Shown: positions 27,746 to 37,282, counted from the stretch's first letter. The stretch is 64,000 nucleotides of DNA from Gammaproteobacteria bacterium (GCA_963662545.2 CAXXLL010000002.1:288001-352000); one strand, 5' to 3'. Notes: generated by a model not told the origin, from the letters alone. Translations and numbers: made by a program.

Positions 27746-29119
27746 ATGATCCCTACGACAATAGTTCGAAACCTGCTCACAGCCTCCCTCGCGCTGCTGT
27801 CCTACTCGGCGGTAGGCGCGTTACCGCAAAGCGCCGATGGTCAGGACATTCCGAGCCTCGCGCCAATGGTGGAAAAAGCGACACCGGCGGTCGTCAATAT
27901 AGCCACCGAGGGCCACGTCGAGCTGCGCAGTAATCCGCTGTTCAACGATCCTTTTTTTCGCCGTTTCTTTAATTTCCGAGAACAGCCACGCCATCGGCGA
28001 ACCCAAAGCTTGGGCTCCGGAGTCATCGTGGATGCCGGTCGCGGTCTGATCATGACCAACAATCACGTGATCGCGAACGCCGATCAGATCATGGTAAAGC
28101 TGCGTGATGGCCGCGTATTCAAGGCGGAACTCGTGGGCACCGATCCCGACACAGACGTTGCGGTGGTCAAGATTCCGGCCGACAAGCTGACCGCGCTGCC
28201 GCTCGCCGATTCCGAGAAACTACGGGTCGGCGATTTTGTGGTCGCCATCGGCAATCCCTTTGGTCTCGGACAGACGGTCACTTCCGGTATCGTCAGCGCG
28301 CTGGCCCGGAGTGGCCTGGGCATAACCGGCTACGAGGATCTGATTCAAACCGATGCTTCGATCAATCCCGGTAATTCCGGGGGCGCGCTGGTTAACCTGC
28401 GCGGCGAACTGGTCGGTATCAATACGGCGATTTACTCGCAGACCGGGAGCAATATCGGGATCGGCTTTGCCATTCCCGTGAACATGGCAAGCCAGATCAT
28501 GGAGCAGTTGGTCGAGCACGGTGAAGTACAGCGTGGCTTCCTCGGCGCCCAGTTACAGGACCTCGACGGCGAGCTGGCCGAGGCCTTTGGTTTGCCGATC
28601 ACGGAGGGCGCCGTACTGGTCAATATCGTACGGGGGTCGCCCGCTGAGGAAGCGGGCTTGAAACCCGGTGACGTCGTCACACATATCAATGGGCGCCGCG
28701 TCGCGAGTGCCGCGGATCTTCGCAACCAGGTCGGCATCACGCGGGTCGGCGTAAAAATCGATCTAACTTATCTGCGTGATGCCGAGTCCCGACAGGTCAG
28801 CATCATCGTTGCCGAGCGTGAAGAGGTCTCGGCCACGGGGCCACAGTTCGGCAACAAACGTTTGGCGGGAACGACTTTCGGTGAGATCCCCGAGGATTCG
28901 CCGGCCTATGGCCGTGTCACGGGAGTCATGGCATTCGCCATCGAGCGCGACTCACTGGCCTGGGCAGGCGGGTTGCGTGAGGGCGATATCGTCACCTCGG
29001 TCAACCGCCAGCCGATCGTGTCGGTGCCGATTTTTCTGCAGGTGGTGAATCAGATAAAGGGGCAGCTGCTTTTGCGGGTGCTGCGCGGCAGGCAGGCGGC
29101 TTTCATCATTATCGAATGA
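27746..29119 (+). CDS. degQ: Do/DegQ family periplasmic serine protease with two PDZ domains
   Basis: Signal peptide; TNNHV, DVAV, QTDASINPGNSGG. Confidence 0.92.
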   Translation: MIPTTIVRNLLTASLALLSYSAVGALPQSADGQDIPSLAPMVEKATPAVVNIATEGHVELRSNPLFNDPFFRRFFNFREQPRHRRTQSLGSGVIVDAGRGLIMTNNHVIANADQIMVKLRDGRVFKAELVGTDPDTDVAVVKIPADKLTALPLADSEKLRVGDFVVAIGNPFGLGQTVTSGIVSALARSGLGITGYEDLIQTDASINPGNSGGALVNLRGELVGINTAIYSQTGSNIGIGFAIPVNMASQIMEQLVEHGEVQRGFLGAQLQDLDGELAEAFGLPITEGAVLVNIVRGSPAEEAGLKPGDVVTHINGRRVASAADLRNQVGITRVGVKIDLTYLRDAESRQVSIIVAEREEVSATGPQFGNKRLAGTTFGEIPEDSPAYGRVTGVMAFAIERDSLAWAGGLREGDIVTSVNRQPIVSVPIFLQVVNQIKGQLLLRVLRGRQAAFIIIE

Positions 29120-29133
29120 GCGGACACTATTAG

Positions 29134-29259
29134 GGAACCTCTGAATAAGTCATGGTGCGTCTGAATGGTTCATGAAATGGTGCAGATCAAGGCACGAATC
29201 GCAGGCCATAGCGGGGACTATGGGCAAGGCAGATATGCCATGACTTATTCAGAGGTTTC
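29134..29259 (-). mobile_element. MITE family A, copy 1 (126 bp, 36-bp internal deletion)
   Basis: TIRs GGAACCTCTGAATAAGTCATGG / CCATGACTTATTCAGAGGTTTC; TTAG on both sides; abuts the oxyR stop. Confidence 0.88.
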
Positions 29260-30189
29260 TTAGATATCGAGGTAATTGACCTCGGCCAGGTCCGCCGCAC
29301 GGACTGCCTGCGCCAGACAATTGATGAGTGCGGGGCGGGCGAACCCTCGGCGGTAGAAAATGGCGACCGTGCGGGACGGTACCGGTGGGGTGAAGGGCCG
29401 GATGGCCAGATGAGCGCTCAGATCTTCACTGATCTTCATCGTCGACGGCAGGATCGTAACACCCGCACCCATGGCGACCATCTGACTGATCGTATTCAGT
29501 GAACTGCCCTCGAGGGTTTTCGTGAGTTCTGTTTCCCCGCTTTCGCCCGTGTTGATGCAATCCGGACAAGCTTCCATCACTTGATCGCGAAAGCAGTTCC
29601 GCGCAGAGAGCAGCAACAGCGTTTGATCCGCTAATTCATCGGCTTCGATGCGCTTTTTTTTCGCCAGCGGATGATCCGCAGGCAGCGCAACTTTGAACGG
29701 TTCGTCGTAAAGCGGACGGCTGATCAAGCCCTGGCCTTGGAAAGGGAGGGACATGATCGCGGCGTCGAGTTCGCCGCGGCGCAGGCTCACTGCCAGCGCA
29801 TCGGTGAAATTCTCTTCGACAACCAGCGACAAACTCGGCGCGAGCGCCTTCAGGCTCGTGATCAGGCGCGGTACCAAATAGGGTCCGATCGTATAGATTA
29901 CGCCGAGCGTCAGCCGTCGTCCGAGGGGGTCCTGTGCAGCCGCGGCCGTTTCCTCGATCACTTCGGCTGCGCGAATCACTGTTTCAGCTTGCCGGACGAC
30001 CTGTTCCCCGATATCCGTAACGATGACCTCGGATCGGCTGCGCTCGAGCAACCTGACGCCAAGCTCCTGTTCGAGCTTGCGCACACCGACGCTTAGCGTC
30101 GGTTGCCTGACGAAACACGCTTCGGCCGCTTTACCAAAATGACGAAACCGCGCTACCGCGATGATGTAGCGTAATTCGGTCAAGGTCAC
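29260..30189 (-). CDS. oxyR: LysR-family hydrogen peroxide sensor
   Basis: MTLTELRY...HFGKAAEACFVRQPTLS; IYTIGPY; Cys pair CFRDQVMEAC with C199/C208 spacing; EGSSLNTI. Confidence 0.85.
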   Translation of the reverse strand: MTLTELRYIIAVARFRHFGKAAEACFVRQPTLSVGVRKLEQELGVRLLERSRSEVIVTDIGEQVVRQAETVIRAAEVIEETAAAAQDPLGRRLTLGVIYTIGPYLVPRLITSLKALAPSLSLVVEENFTDALAVSLRRGELDAAIMSLPFQGQGLISRPLYDEPFKVALPADHPLAKKKRIEADELADQTLLLLSARNCFRDQVMEACPDCINTGESGETELTKTLEGSSLNTISQMVAMGAGVTILPSTMKISEDLSAHLAIRPFTPPVPSRTVAIFYRRGFARPALINCLAQAVRAADLAEVNYLDI

Positions 30190-30224
30190 GGCAGGATAAA
30201 CTCCGCGTGCGGGCGAGGGCGAGT

Positions 30225-31028
30225 TCAGGCAGTTGCGCGAGCGGCCGAATATGGGACTTCAGCCTGTGCGTCTTTTGACACAATCTTGTCGAGTAACTCG
30301 AGGTCGACGAAGCGGTGACCGAAGGCGTTTCCGGCGGTCACGGTAAACGGTTGATCCGGTTCTCCGACGGAATCGATAACCAGTTCCGCACCGTAAAAAT
30401 CATGATCGCGGGTAAATCTATGTGTCGTGACGATGGTAGCGAGTCCGGCGGCGGTCGCTGACCCCAGTCCATTTGGCGTATCTTCGAACGCGATCAGCAA
30501 ATCCACGTCGATCCCGAGCGTCTGGATCACCGCGTTATACACCGCCGGCGATGGCTTCTTTTCGACAACGGAATCGCAGGTCTCGATCGCAGAGAACCAG
30601 TCTCGCCATCCCGGTGACAGATTGTTGTCTAGCAGGGTTTCGACGTTTGACTTAGCGGAACTCGTCGCAATAGCCAGCACCAAGTCCGCGTCTCGTGCCT
30701 CGCTGATGAGGCGGCCGATACCGGGCCGCAAAGCTACTTCGCCTTCGGTCAGCATGGCGGCGTACTTGCGGGTCTTCGCTTTGTGCAGGGAAACCACGAA
30801 CTCGTCGAATTCACCCTCGCCGGCGAAGCGTGACCGCAGGTGCTGACCAAAGCGGGTGATCCGCTCACGGCCGCCTGAAATCACCAGGAGTTCTTCGTAT
30901 AAATCCGGCGTCCAATTCCAGTCGAGACCGTGCTCGGCGAAAGTGTGATTGAAAGCGAGGCGATGGACTTCCTCGGTATCCGCGAGCGTCCCGTCGACGT
31001 CAAATATGATCGCCTTGAGTTTTTTCAC
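30225..31028 (-). CDS. HAD-IA hydrolase, CbbY-like
   Basis: IFDVDGTLADTEEVHRLAFN, ISGGRERI, LRPGI, KKPSPAVY, FEDTPNG. Confidence 0.85.
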   Translation of the reverse strand: MKKLKAIIFDVDGTLADTEEVHRLAFNHTFAEHGLDWNWTPDLYEELLVISGGRERITRFGQHLRSRFAGEGEFDEFVVSLHKAKTRKYAAMLTEGEVALRPGIGRLISEARDADLVLAIATSSAKSNVETLLDNNLSPGWRDWFSAIETCDSVVEKKPSPAVYNAVIQTLGIDVDLLIAFEDTPNGLGSATAAGLATIVTTHRFTRDHDFYGAELVIDSVGEPDQPFTVTAGNAFGHRFVDLELLDKIVSKDAQAEVPYSAARATA

Positions 31029-31053
31029 CGTCCAAAACCAGGAGAGTGTTAAT

Positions 31054-31072
31054 TTACAACATAATGTTGTAA
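31054..31072. promoter_or_regulatory. Perfect 9-1-9 palindromic operator candidate
   Basis: TTACAACAT-A-ATGTTGTAA about 25 bp upstream of the CbbY-like start. Confidence 0.6.
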
Positions 31073-31107
31073 GTCTACGACACAAATGTCAATTAAGCTA
31101 TTGATTT

Positions 31108-31127
31108 AATGTGAATCTCGTCACATT
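31108..31127. promoter_or_regulatory. CRP/Vfr-type binding site
   Basis: AA-TGTGA-ATCTCG-TCACA-TT, exact TGTGA-N6-TCACA core in an AT-rich intergenic region. Confidence 0.75.
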
Positions 31128-31306
31128 CGAATTGAGTCTGAACCAGACGGTGAAAAAAGGTTTCCCGATATTTTCCCGTTGTGCACTCAGAACACTCAGG
31201 TCCCGAGAGGTTCCAACCAGCCATCACGGGTCACTACCTGGTGGGAACTGTTCCTTCCAAGCAGCCCGTAGCGGACTGGCGCGAAACACGCTTTATCGTT
31301 GTTCCG

Positions 31307-32698
31307 CTAATCTTGTTGTCGGATCTTCGGGGCAGAATCTTCAGTGACGTCCAGTTCGACCCGCTCGATTTTGTCAAATCGATCGCTGATCTTCCTGGCC
31401 GAAATGTTGACGTCGGTGACATCGTCATGCGCCTGGCTGATATGCCTGGCGAGATTGTCCATACGTTTACGAAAGCGCTGAAAGTCGTCTGCGAGAAACC
31501 CCAGGTGTTGCTGGATGATATCGACCTGTTCACGGGTCTTCGCGTCCTTCAATACCGATCGAGCGGTATTCAGGATCGCCCACAGCGTTGTCGGTGACGC
31601 CAGCCAGACACGGTTTGCGTGCGCGTTGTCTGTTAAATCCGGGTGGTGCGCCTGAATCTCGGCGAACACCGCTTCGGCTGGAATAAACATGATTGCGCCG
31701 TCAGCGGTAAGGTCGCGAATGATGTATTTCTCCGCTATGTCCTTGATGTGCTTTTTAATGTCCTGCTTGAATTGTGTTTCGGCTCGTTTGCGCTCGATCT
31801 CATTGCGTTCCATATCGGTCATCGTGCGAAACGATTCGAGCGGGAACTTGGCATCAATGCAAATAGTCCCGGATGGGTTTGGTAGAAACAGAATGCAGTC
31901 CACGACCTTGTCGTTTGGCAGTTTGTGTTGAAATGCGAAACTTCCGGGCGGCATCACGTTCGTCACCAGTGATGCAAGCTGTACTTCCCCGAACACGCCC
32001 CGCGAACGCTTGTCCGCCAGCAGCTGCTGCAGGCTGACGACATCCGTCGAAAGTGCGGTGATCTTCTTTTGCGCTTCGTCGATCAGCGCGAGCCTCTTAA
32101 TCACGTCGGTGAAGATCGCCGTGGTTTTTTCGAAGCCGTCGGACAGCCGTTTTTCAACCTGACCACCGATCTCTTTCAAACGGTCATCAGTCGCCTTGGT
32201 AAGGGCTTCCACTCGCCGACCCAGGTCGGTGGAGCTGCGCAGTAGGGATTCTCCGAGCTGCTTGTGAAGGCTGCCAAAACCCGTCTGCATGCTGTCCTGC
32301 AGTGTTTTGAGAGAGCGCGCGTTTTGCTCCTCGGTACGTGTACGGTGTTCGCTCATATTCGAGCTGATCTGCTCGCGGATCTCCCCTAATAATTGAATGA
32401 GCTTGGTGCGGTTGTCGCTAAGCCCTTCGTTAACAGCGCCTTTGAACGTATCGAGCTTCGCGCCGACTTGCTCGCGGAGATCCGTCCCGTCCTTGGCAAA
32501 CTGGGTCTGCAGTTGTCCGAGACGCTGATCGAGTAATTCGAGCGTGGTTTTTTGCGCGGTGAACGACTGGATCAAGGTTTCGAGTCGGGCATCAGAGGCG
32601 GACGGCTGCCCGCTCTTTCGAAACATCACCATCAGCCAACCGACGCCCGCGGCCACGAGGCCAAGCAGGACAGCGAAAACGAGTTCGAGGCCGGTCAT
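31307..32698 (-). CDS. rmuC: DNA recombination protein RmuC
   Basis: N-terminal TM and coiled coil; RGVFGEVQL, IDAKFP, IMFIPAEAVF, SPTTL. Confidence 0.92.
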   Translation of the reverse strand: MTGLELVFAVLLGLVAAGVGWLMVMFRKSGQPSASDARLETLIQSFTAQKTTLELLDQRLGQLQTQFAKDGTDLREQVGAKLDTFKGAVNEGLSDNRTKLIQLLGEIREQISSNMSEHRTRTEEQNARSLKTLQDSMQTGFGSLHKQLGESLLRSSTDLGRRVEALTKATDDRLKEIGGQVEKRLSDGFEKTTAIFTDVIKRLALIDEAQKKITALSTDVVSLQQLLADKRSRGVFGEVQLASLVTNVMPPGSFAFQHKLPNDKVVDCILFLPNPSGTICIDAKFPLESFRTMTDMERNEIERKRAETQFKQDIKKHIKDIAEKYIIRDLTADGAIMFIPAEAVFAEIQAHHPDLTDNAHANRVWLASPTTLWAILNTARSVLKDAKTREQVDIIQQHLGFLADDFQRFRKRMDNLARHISQAHDDVTDVNISARKISDRFDKIERVELDVTEDSAPKIRQQD

Positions 32699-32838
32699 AG
32701 CAAAGTTCGAACTCCAGAGGTGTCGCGATATTTCATCTGAATCTGCCTGTTGCCGGCTGCTATTATCGGAGTAGGCATGCTACCGGCCTGTTCAAAGAAA
32801 CTCTGTTTATGGAGTCATCGTCTACCTGAGCCACCATC

Positions 32839-33921
32839 ATGTCCTCTGGTCATCGCTTGAACAAGCCGCTGAAAGGACGCGGCAGCATTTTATCCCCGGA
32901 ACCGCGTTACCTCGGCACGGCGCGCGAAGCGCTCGACGATGGTTGGGGCAGTGCGGATCTGGAACCGGCCCGGCTGCATACCACGGTTACCGAGGAGCGG
33001 ATCCAAGGCATCATCAACCGCAACGAGTCTCCGGATCTGCCCTTTAATTTATCGATCAATCCGTACCGCGGGTGCGAACACGGTTGCGTGTATTGTTATG
33101 CGCGGCCCGCTCATGCATTCATGGATCTTTCGCCCGGGCTCGATTTCGAGAGCCGCTTGTTCAGTAAACCCGGCGGGCCCGAGGTTTTGCGGCGGGAACT
33201 CGCGAAATCGCACTATCGTTGCGAGACAATAGCCTTGGGTGCGAATACTGATGCGTACCAACCGATTGAAAAGCGTCTCAAGATTACTCGGCGCTTGCTG
33301 GAAGTGCTGGCAGAGTGCAACCACCCGGTCACGATTGTATCGAAGTCTGCACTAGTCGAACGCGATATCGATCTGCTGGCGCCGATGGCAGAAAAGAAGC
33401 TCGTGCAGGTCTTCATTTCGGTGACGACGCTCGACCGGGAGTTGGCGCGCAGGATGGAGCCGCGGGCGGCCGCGCCGCAACGCCGCATCGAAACCCAACG
33501 CCGGCTCAATGACGCCGGCATCCCCACGGGGGTGATGTTCGCCCCGGTGATTCCGGCGCTGAATGATCATGAACTGGAAACGATATTGGAGCACGGCGCA
33601 CAGGCCGGCTGCCGATTCGCCGGCTATATCGTGTTGCGATTACCGCGCGAAGTAAAACCGATGTTCAAGGAATGGCTGGCGGCGCACTACCCACTGAAAT
33701 ACGACCGCGTCATGAATCGAATCAGGGATCTGCGCGGCGGACATGAAAGCGACACGCAATTCGGCCGCAGGATGAAGGGGCAGGGCGTGTTCGCCAAGCT
33801 GCTCGCAAAGAGATTTGAGCGCACCTGCCGCGCGCTCGGTATAAACGACTCCCGTTACGAATTGGATACGTCCCTGTTCCGTGCTCCAGGCCGAAATACG
33901 AATCAATTGGAACTTTTTTGA
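32839..33921 (+). CDS. PA0069-family radical SAM protein (spore photoproduct lyase-like)
   Basis: INPYRGCEHGCVYCYARP, NTDAYQP, MEPRAA. Confidence 0.92.
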   Translation: MSSGHRLNKPLKGRGSILSPEPRYLGTAREALDDGWGSADLEPARLHTTVTEERIQGIINRNESPDLPFNLSINPYRGCEHGCVYCYARPAHAFMDLSPGLDFESRLFSKPGGPEVLRRELAKSHYRCETIALGANTDAYQPIEKRLKITRRLLEVLAECNHPVTIVSKSALVERDIDLLAPMAEKKLVQVFISVTTLDRELARRMEPRAAAPQRRIETQRRLNDAGIPTGVMFAPVIPALNDHELETILEHGAQAGCRFAGYIVLRLPREVKPMFKEWLAAHYPLKYDRVMNRIRDLRGGHESDTQFGRRMKGQGVFAKLLAKRFERTCRALGINDSRYELDTSLFRAPGRNTNQLELF

Positions 33922-33952
33922 AACGAATTCATTAGCTGATCGCTCGCGATCC

Positions 33953-34636
33953 TCATCGCCGCAGCACCCGGATCCAGCGCCAGAAATTCAGCAGACTCCC
34001 AAGCGAAGCGGACAGATAGGTCAAAGCGCATGCCGTGAGTATGCGCCGCGCCTTCGGCAAATCGTCCGAGGACAGGTAGCCCATGCCGAGAATCGGTAGC
34101 GCGCGCTTGAAGCTCGCGTCCCATTCGACCGGCAGCGTTACGAGGTGGACCATGACCGGCACCAACATCACCGCGACGCCCAAGAGCAGCATGCCGGCAC
34201 CGGCCGACGGCGCACGAGTGAGAACGGTGATGAACGGCATGGCGATCAAGATGAACGAAGCGATGCGCTCGGCGTAAGCGGCGGCGACGGCGAGTTGCGA
34301 GCGGATCCGCAGAGGGCGGTAGCCGATGTGGTGCTGGATGGCGTGTCCGACTTCGTGTGCCGCGACCACGATGGCCGACAAGGAGCGGTGATCGTAGTGC
34401 GCTTCGCTCAAGCGCACCGTGCCCGTCATCGGGTCGAAATGATCGCCCATGCCGTCGTCGGCCTTTTCGACGCCATAGTCTTCCATGTGCGCGTTTTTCA
34501 ACAGGTGTGTGGCGAACTCGGCCCCGGTCCCAGGTATATTCTGGCGTTCGCTGGCGTGGGCTTTCAAAACGTGTCGCGCCCACAGCTGCGGTCCGAAAAT
34601 GACGATCAGCAACAGTAGGAGGAGGGCAATAGCCAT
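33953..34636 (-). CDS. Membrane zinc metallopeptidase (YugP-like)
   Basis: DHFDP, AAHEVGHAIQ, TLPVEWDAS, ALTY. Confidence 0.9.
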   Translation of the reverse strand: MAIALLLLLLIVIFGPQLWARHVLKAHASERQNIPGTGAEFATHLLKNAHMEDYGVEKADDGMGDHFDPMTGTVRLSEAHYDHRSLSAIVVAAHEVGHAIQHHIGYRPLRIRSQLAVAAAYAERIASFILIAMPFITVLTRAPSAGAGMLLLGVAVMLVPVMVHLVTLPVEWDASFKRALPILGMGYLSSDDLPKARRILTACALTYLSASLGSLLNFWRWIRVLRR

Positions 34637-34655
34637 GGAAATACCAGCGGTTGCA

Positions 34656-35180
34656 TCAATTGATCGTTGCCGAACCGCTGGTTGCGTCGGCTTGTCCTGC
34701 TGGGTTCGGACCCTCGCCGAGATTCCACTCTGCAGCCTTTAATGCATTATCCATAAGCGCCATAAATGAATGGACGAGATGTGGATTCAATGCCAAGTCG
34801 ATACCATTGCCGCGATCGGGCCCAACCGTGAGAACGATGCTGCCGTCGTTCTTGGGCTGCAGCCGGAATCGTGTTAGCACCAGCGGTTCATCACCCAGCG
34901 GCAGCGATTTATCCTGCGCCTTGTAGGGTGTTTTGAAATCCGCCGCCTGCACCGCCTGCTCTCGTTCGAAGTTGAGCAGCTCCCGTTTTGCCGCGAGATC
35001 CGCCTGTACTTGAATACGGGCTTGCGTGGACAAGGATTCACCGAGGTGGGCGCGTAACACCTTGACAAACCGCCGGGTGAGCCAGAATCGGAACTCCTTA
35101 CTGTCCTGGGTCGACAGGCGCATCAACAATCGATCCTGGCTGGCGACGTAGGTAATCTGGATTTGTTCGAGTTGAGACAT
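34656..35180 (-). CDS. Conserved hypothetical protein
   Basis: Clean ORF with QDRLLMRL...FWLTRR; no function recognised. Confidence 0.7.
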   Translation of the reverse strand: MSQLEQIQITYVASQDRLLMRLSTQDSKEFRFWLTRRFVKVLRAHLGESLSTQARIQVQADLAAKRELLNFEREQAVQAADFKTPYKAQDKSLPLGDEPLVLTRFRLQPKNDGSIVLTVGPDRGNGIDLALNPHLVHSFMALMDNALKAAEWNLGEGPNPAGQADATSGSATIN

Positions 35181-35403
35181 GGCGTATTTCGTCGACTAGC
35201 GGACCCTCTCGTTCATCATCTCAATGGGTGGGCAACGCGGACAATCCGTGTCCTGACAGCGATCATAAAACACCCCGCCTCGTTCGTATTCCCAAAGACC
35301 TAAATCGTGAATTCGGATCCGGCCTGCTCGTCGCCCGGTTTGCCGATCGCCGGGGCTGGTCGTCATGGCGCGGGATCTCGCGTTGGCCTCGTGCGATTGC
35401 TAG

Positions 35404-35563
35404 CAGCCTGTCGGACTTAGGGAATCGTAGCGAGGCGGTTGGGAGAGCGGTCTGAGAGGTGTCATGGTTTGAGGTGAATAGTGGGTCTATTTAATGAGAA
35501 CCATGGCACATCTGGACCGCTATCCCAACGCCGTAGTAGATTCTTCCTAAGTCCGACAGGCTG
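35404..35563. mobile_element. MITE family B (160-bp hairpin), single copy
   Basis: TIRs CAGCCTGTCGGACTTAGG / CCTAAGTCCGACAGGCTG; CTAG on both sides; interior self-complementary. Confidence 0.82.
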
Positions 35564-35624
35564 CTAGGCTGCGCTCCTTTCGCATCGGCGGTTGAGCCGG
35601 CAAGGCAGGGGAACGATCTGATTC

Positions 35625-36752
35625 ATGAACATACGGCTAGAGGCAATGGGCGATTCCCCTCGCGCTCGCTACGAGGCCGATCTGGCGGCTGGCGTCATTA
35701 CGGCGGATGCTGCTCAAAAGGGGGCGGTCGAGTGTCTGGAGCGCACCTATCGTGAATTAGCGGAAAGCGACGAGCAGGCGTCGGGCGGCCTCGTCCATCG
35801 CCTGTTCGGCCGTCGCCGTTCCCGCTGGTTACCGGTGCGCGGCGTCTATTTATGGGGCCGCGTCGGCCGCGGCAAAACGTATATCGTCGACACCTTTTAT
35901 GACTGCCTGGGTTTCAAGGAAAAGCGGCGGATTCATTTCCACAGCTTTATGCGGCGCACGCATGACGCCCTGAAACGATTGCACAACGAACCGAATCCAT
36001 TGAAACGCCTCGCCGCCGAGTGGGCGGCAGAGCACCGGGTGCTTTGCCTTGACGAATTTCACGTGGGCGATATCACTGATGCGATGCTGCTCGCCAAGCT
36101 GTTTGAGGCGCTCCTCGAGCATGGCGTGACTCTAGTCGCCACATCGAACGAAGCTCCTGAGGAGTTGTATGCCAACGGATTGCAGCGTGAACGGTTTCTT
36201 CCCGCTATTGAATTGATCAAGAAACAGCTCGAAGTTTTCGAGTTGAGCGGCGATCTGGATTACCGTTTGCGCGCGCTGGAACAGGCGCCCGTGTATTACC
36301 GGTGTGCGGCGGGCAAAGTGAGGGACAAGCTCGAAAAGAGTTTTTTGGCGATCGCGCCGGAAGCGGGCGCCGCCGCTGTCGAACTTGAGGTCGAAGGGCG
36401 GTGGATCCCGACCCTGCGGCTGGCGGACGGCGTCGTGTGGTTCGCCTTCGAGGTTCTTTGCGGCGGGCCGCGTTCGACCATCGACTATATCGAGATCGCG
36501 CGCTGCCATCACACGGTGATCGTCAGTGACGTACCGCGTCTGGGGCGCGACGATAACGACGCGGCCCGGCGCTTCGTTAATCTGGTCGACGAATTCTATG
36601 ACCGCAACGTCAACTTGATCGTCTCTGCGGAGGCCGAACCGGAGGATCTCTATCACGGGGGCCGCCTCGCGAAGGGATTTTTACGCACCGCCAGCCGGCT
36701 GCGTGAGATGCGGTCCCACGATTACCTTGCCAGGCCTCATATTACGGATTGA
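35625..36752 (+). CDS. zapE: Cell division ATPase ZapE (AFG1 family)
   Basis: GVYLWGRVGRGKT, CLDEFHVGDITDAM, GLQRERFLPAI, RRFVNLVDEFYD. Confidence 0.93.
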   Translation: MNIRLEAMGDSPRARYEADLAAGVITADAAQKGAVECLERTYRELAESDEQASGGLVHRLFGRRRSRWLPVRGVYLWGRVGRGKTYIVDTFYDCLGFKEKRRIHFHSFMRRTHDALKRLHNEPNPLKRLAAEWAAEHRVLCLDEFHVGDITDAMLLAKLFEALLEHGVTLVATSNEAPEELYANGLQRERFLPAIELIKKQLEVFELSGDLDYRLRALEQAPVYYRCAAGKVRDKLEKSFLAIAPEAGAAAVELEVEGRWIPTLRLADGVVWFAFEVLCGGPRSTIDYIEIARCHHTVIVSDVPRLGRDDNDAARRFVNLVDEFYDRNVNLIVSAEAEPEDLYHGGRLAKGFLRTASRLREMRSHDYLARPHITD

Positions 36753-36797
36753 TGCCGGCAAAAATATCTATTAAATTCAATTGCTAATACTATTTAT

Positions 36798-36825
36798 TTG
36801 ACATTTTAAATTATCTAACTATTCT
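36798..36825 (+). promoter_or_regulatory. Sigma-70 promoter candidate in an AT-rich patch
   Basis: TTGACA-N16-TATTCT upstream of the small ORF at 36871. Confidence 0.55.
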
Positions 36826-36870
36826 ATCTATATAATTGGTAGATGATTTGTACGGCAATCTGATCACGAG

Positions 36871-37095
36871 GTGCCGGTGTCAGACGAAATGGATATGCAA
36901 CTCGAACCCGTCACGATCAACGAACAGACCATTGCGCGGGCCATCGCGCGCCATTACGGCGACGGCGGTGTTTACATGCCCGACGACGCTAAACGGGTCG
37001 ACGCGATGAAACAGGCGGTCACCAACGGATTCGTCAGTGAAGACGGATTCCTGACCCGCAAGGGGCGGCGTCTGCTGGCGCGAGCCGAATTTTGA
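36871..37095 (+). CDS. Small hypothetical protein (about 72 aa)
   Basis: GAGG RBS before GTG 36877; own promoter and terminator candidates. Confidence 0.65.
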   Translation: MPVSDEMDMQLEPVTINEQTIARAIARHYGDGGVYMPDDAKRVDAMKQAVTNGFVSEDGFLTRKGRRLLARAEF

Positions 37096-37141
37096 TACCT
37101 CCGTGGGTGAGTTGACAGGTCTATCCTGTCACCAGCGTATT

Positions 37142-37170
37142 AGGGCTGCTCTCGCAGCCCTCTTTTTTTT
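37142..37170 (+). terminator. Rho-independent terminator
   Basis: AGGGCTGC-TCTC-GCAGCCCT followed by C and T8. Confidence 0.85.
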
Positions 37171-37282
37171 GGCATCTCGAAGAAAGCCGGCGCAGGACGG
37201 GTCACTTTGCATGTTTGCCGATTCCGTGTGAGGTACATCGGGCCTGCTCAAGATCCCTTGCACTGACGCCGACAAGAGACTG

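Noticed and set aside
35196-35366. 56-codon minus-strand ORF with a Cys cluster upstream of the 34656-35180 gene
   Set aside because: No clear RBS or recognisable family; probably a chance open frame in a promoter region.
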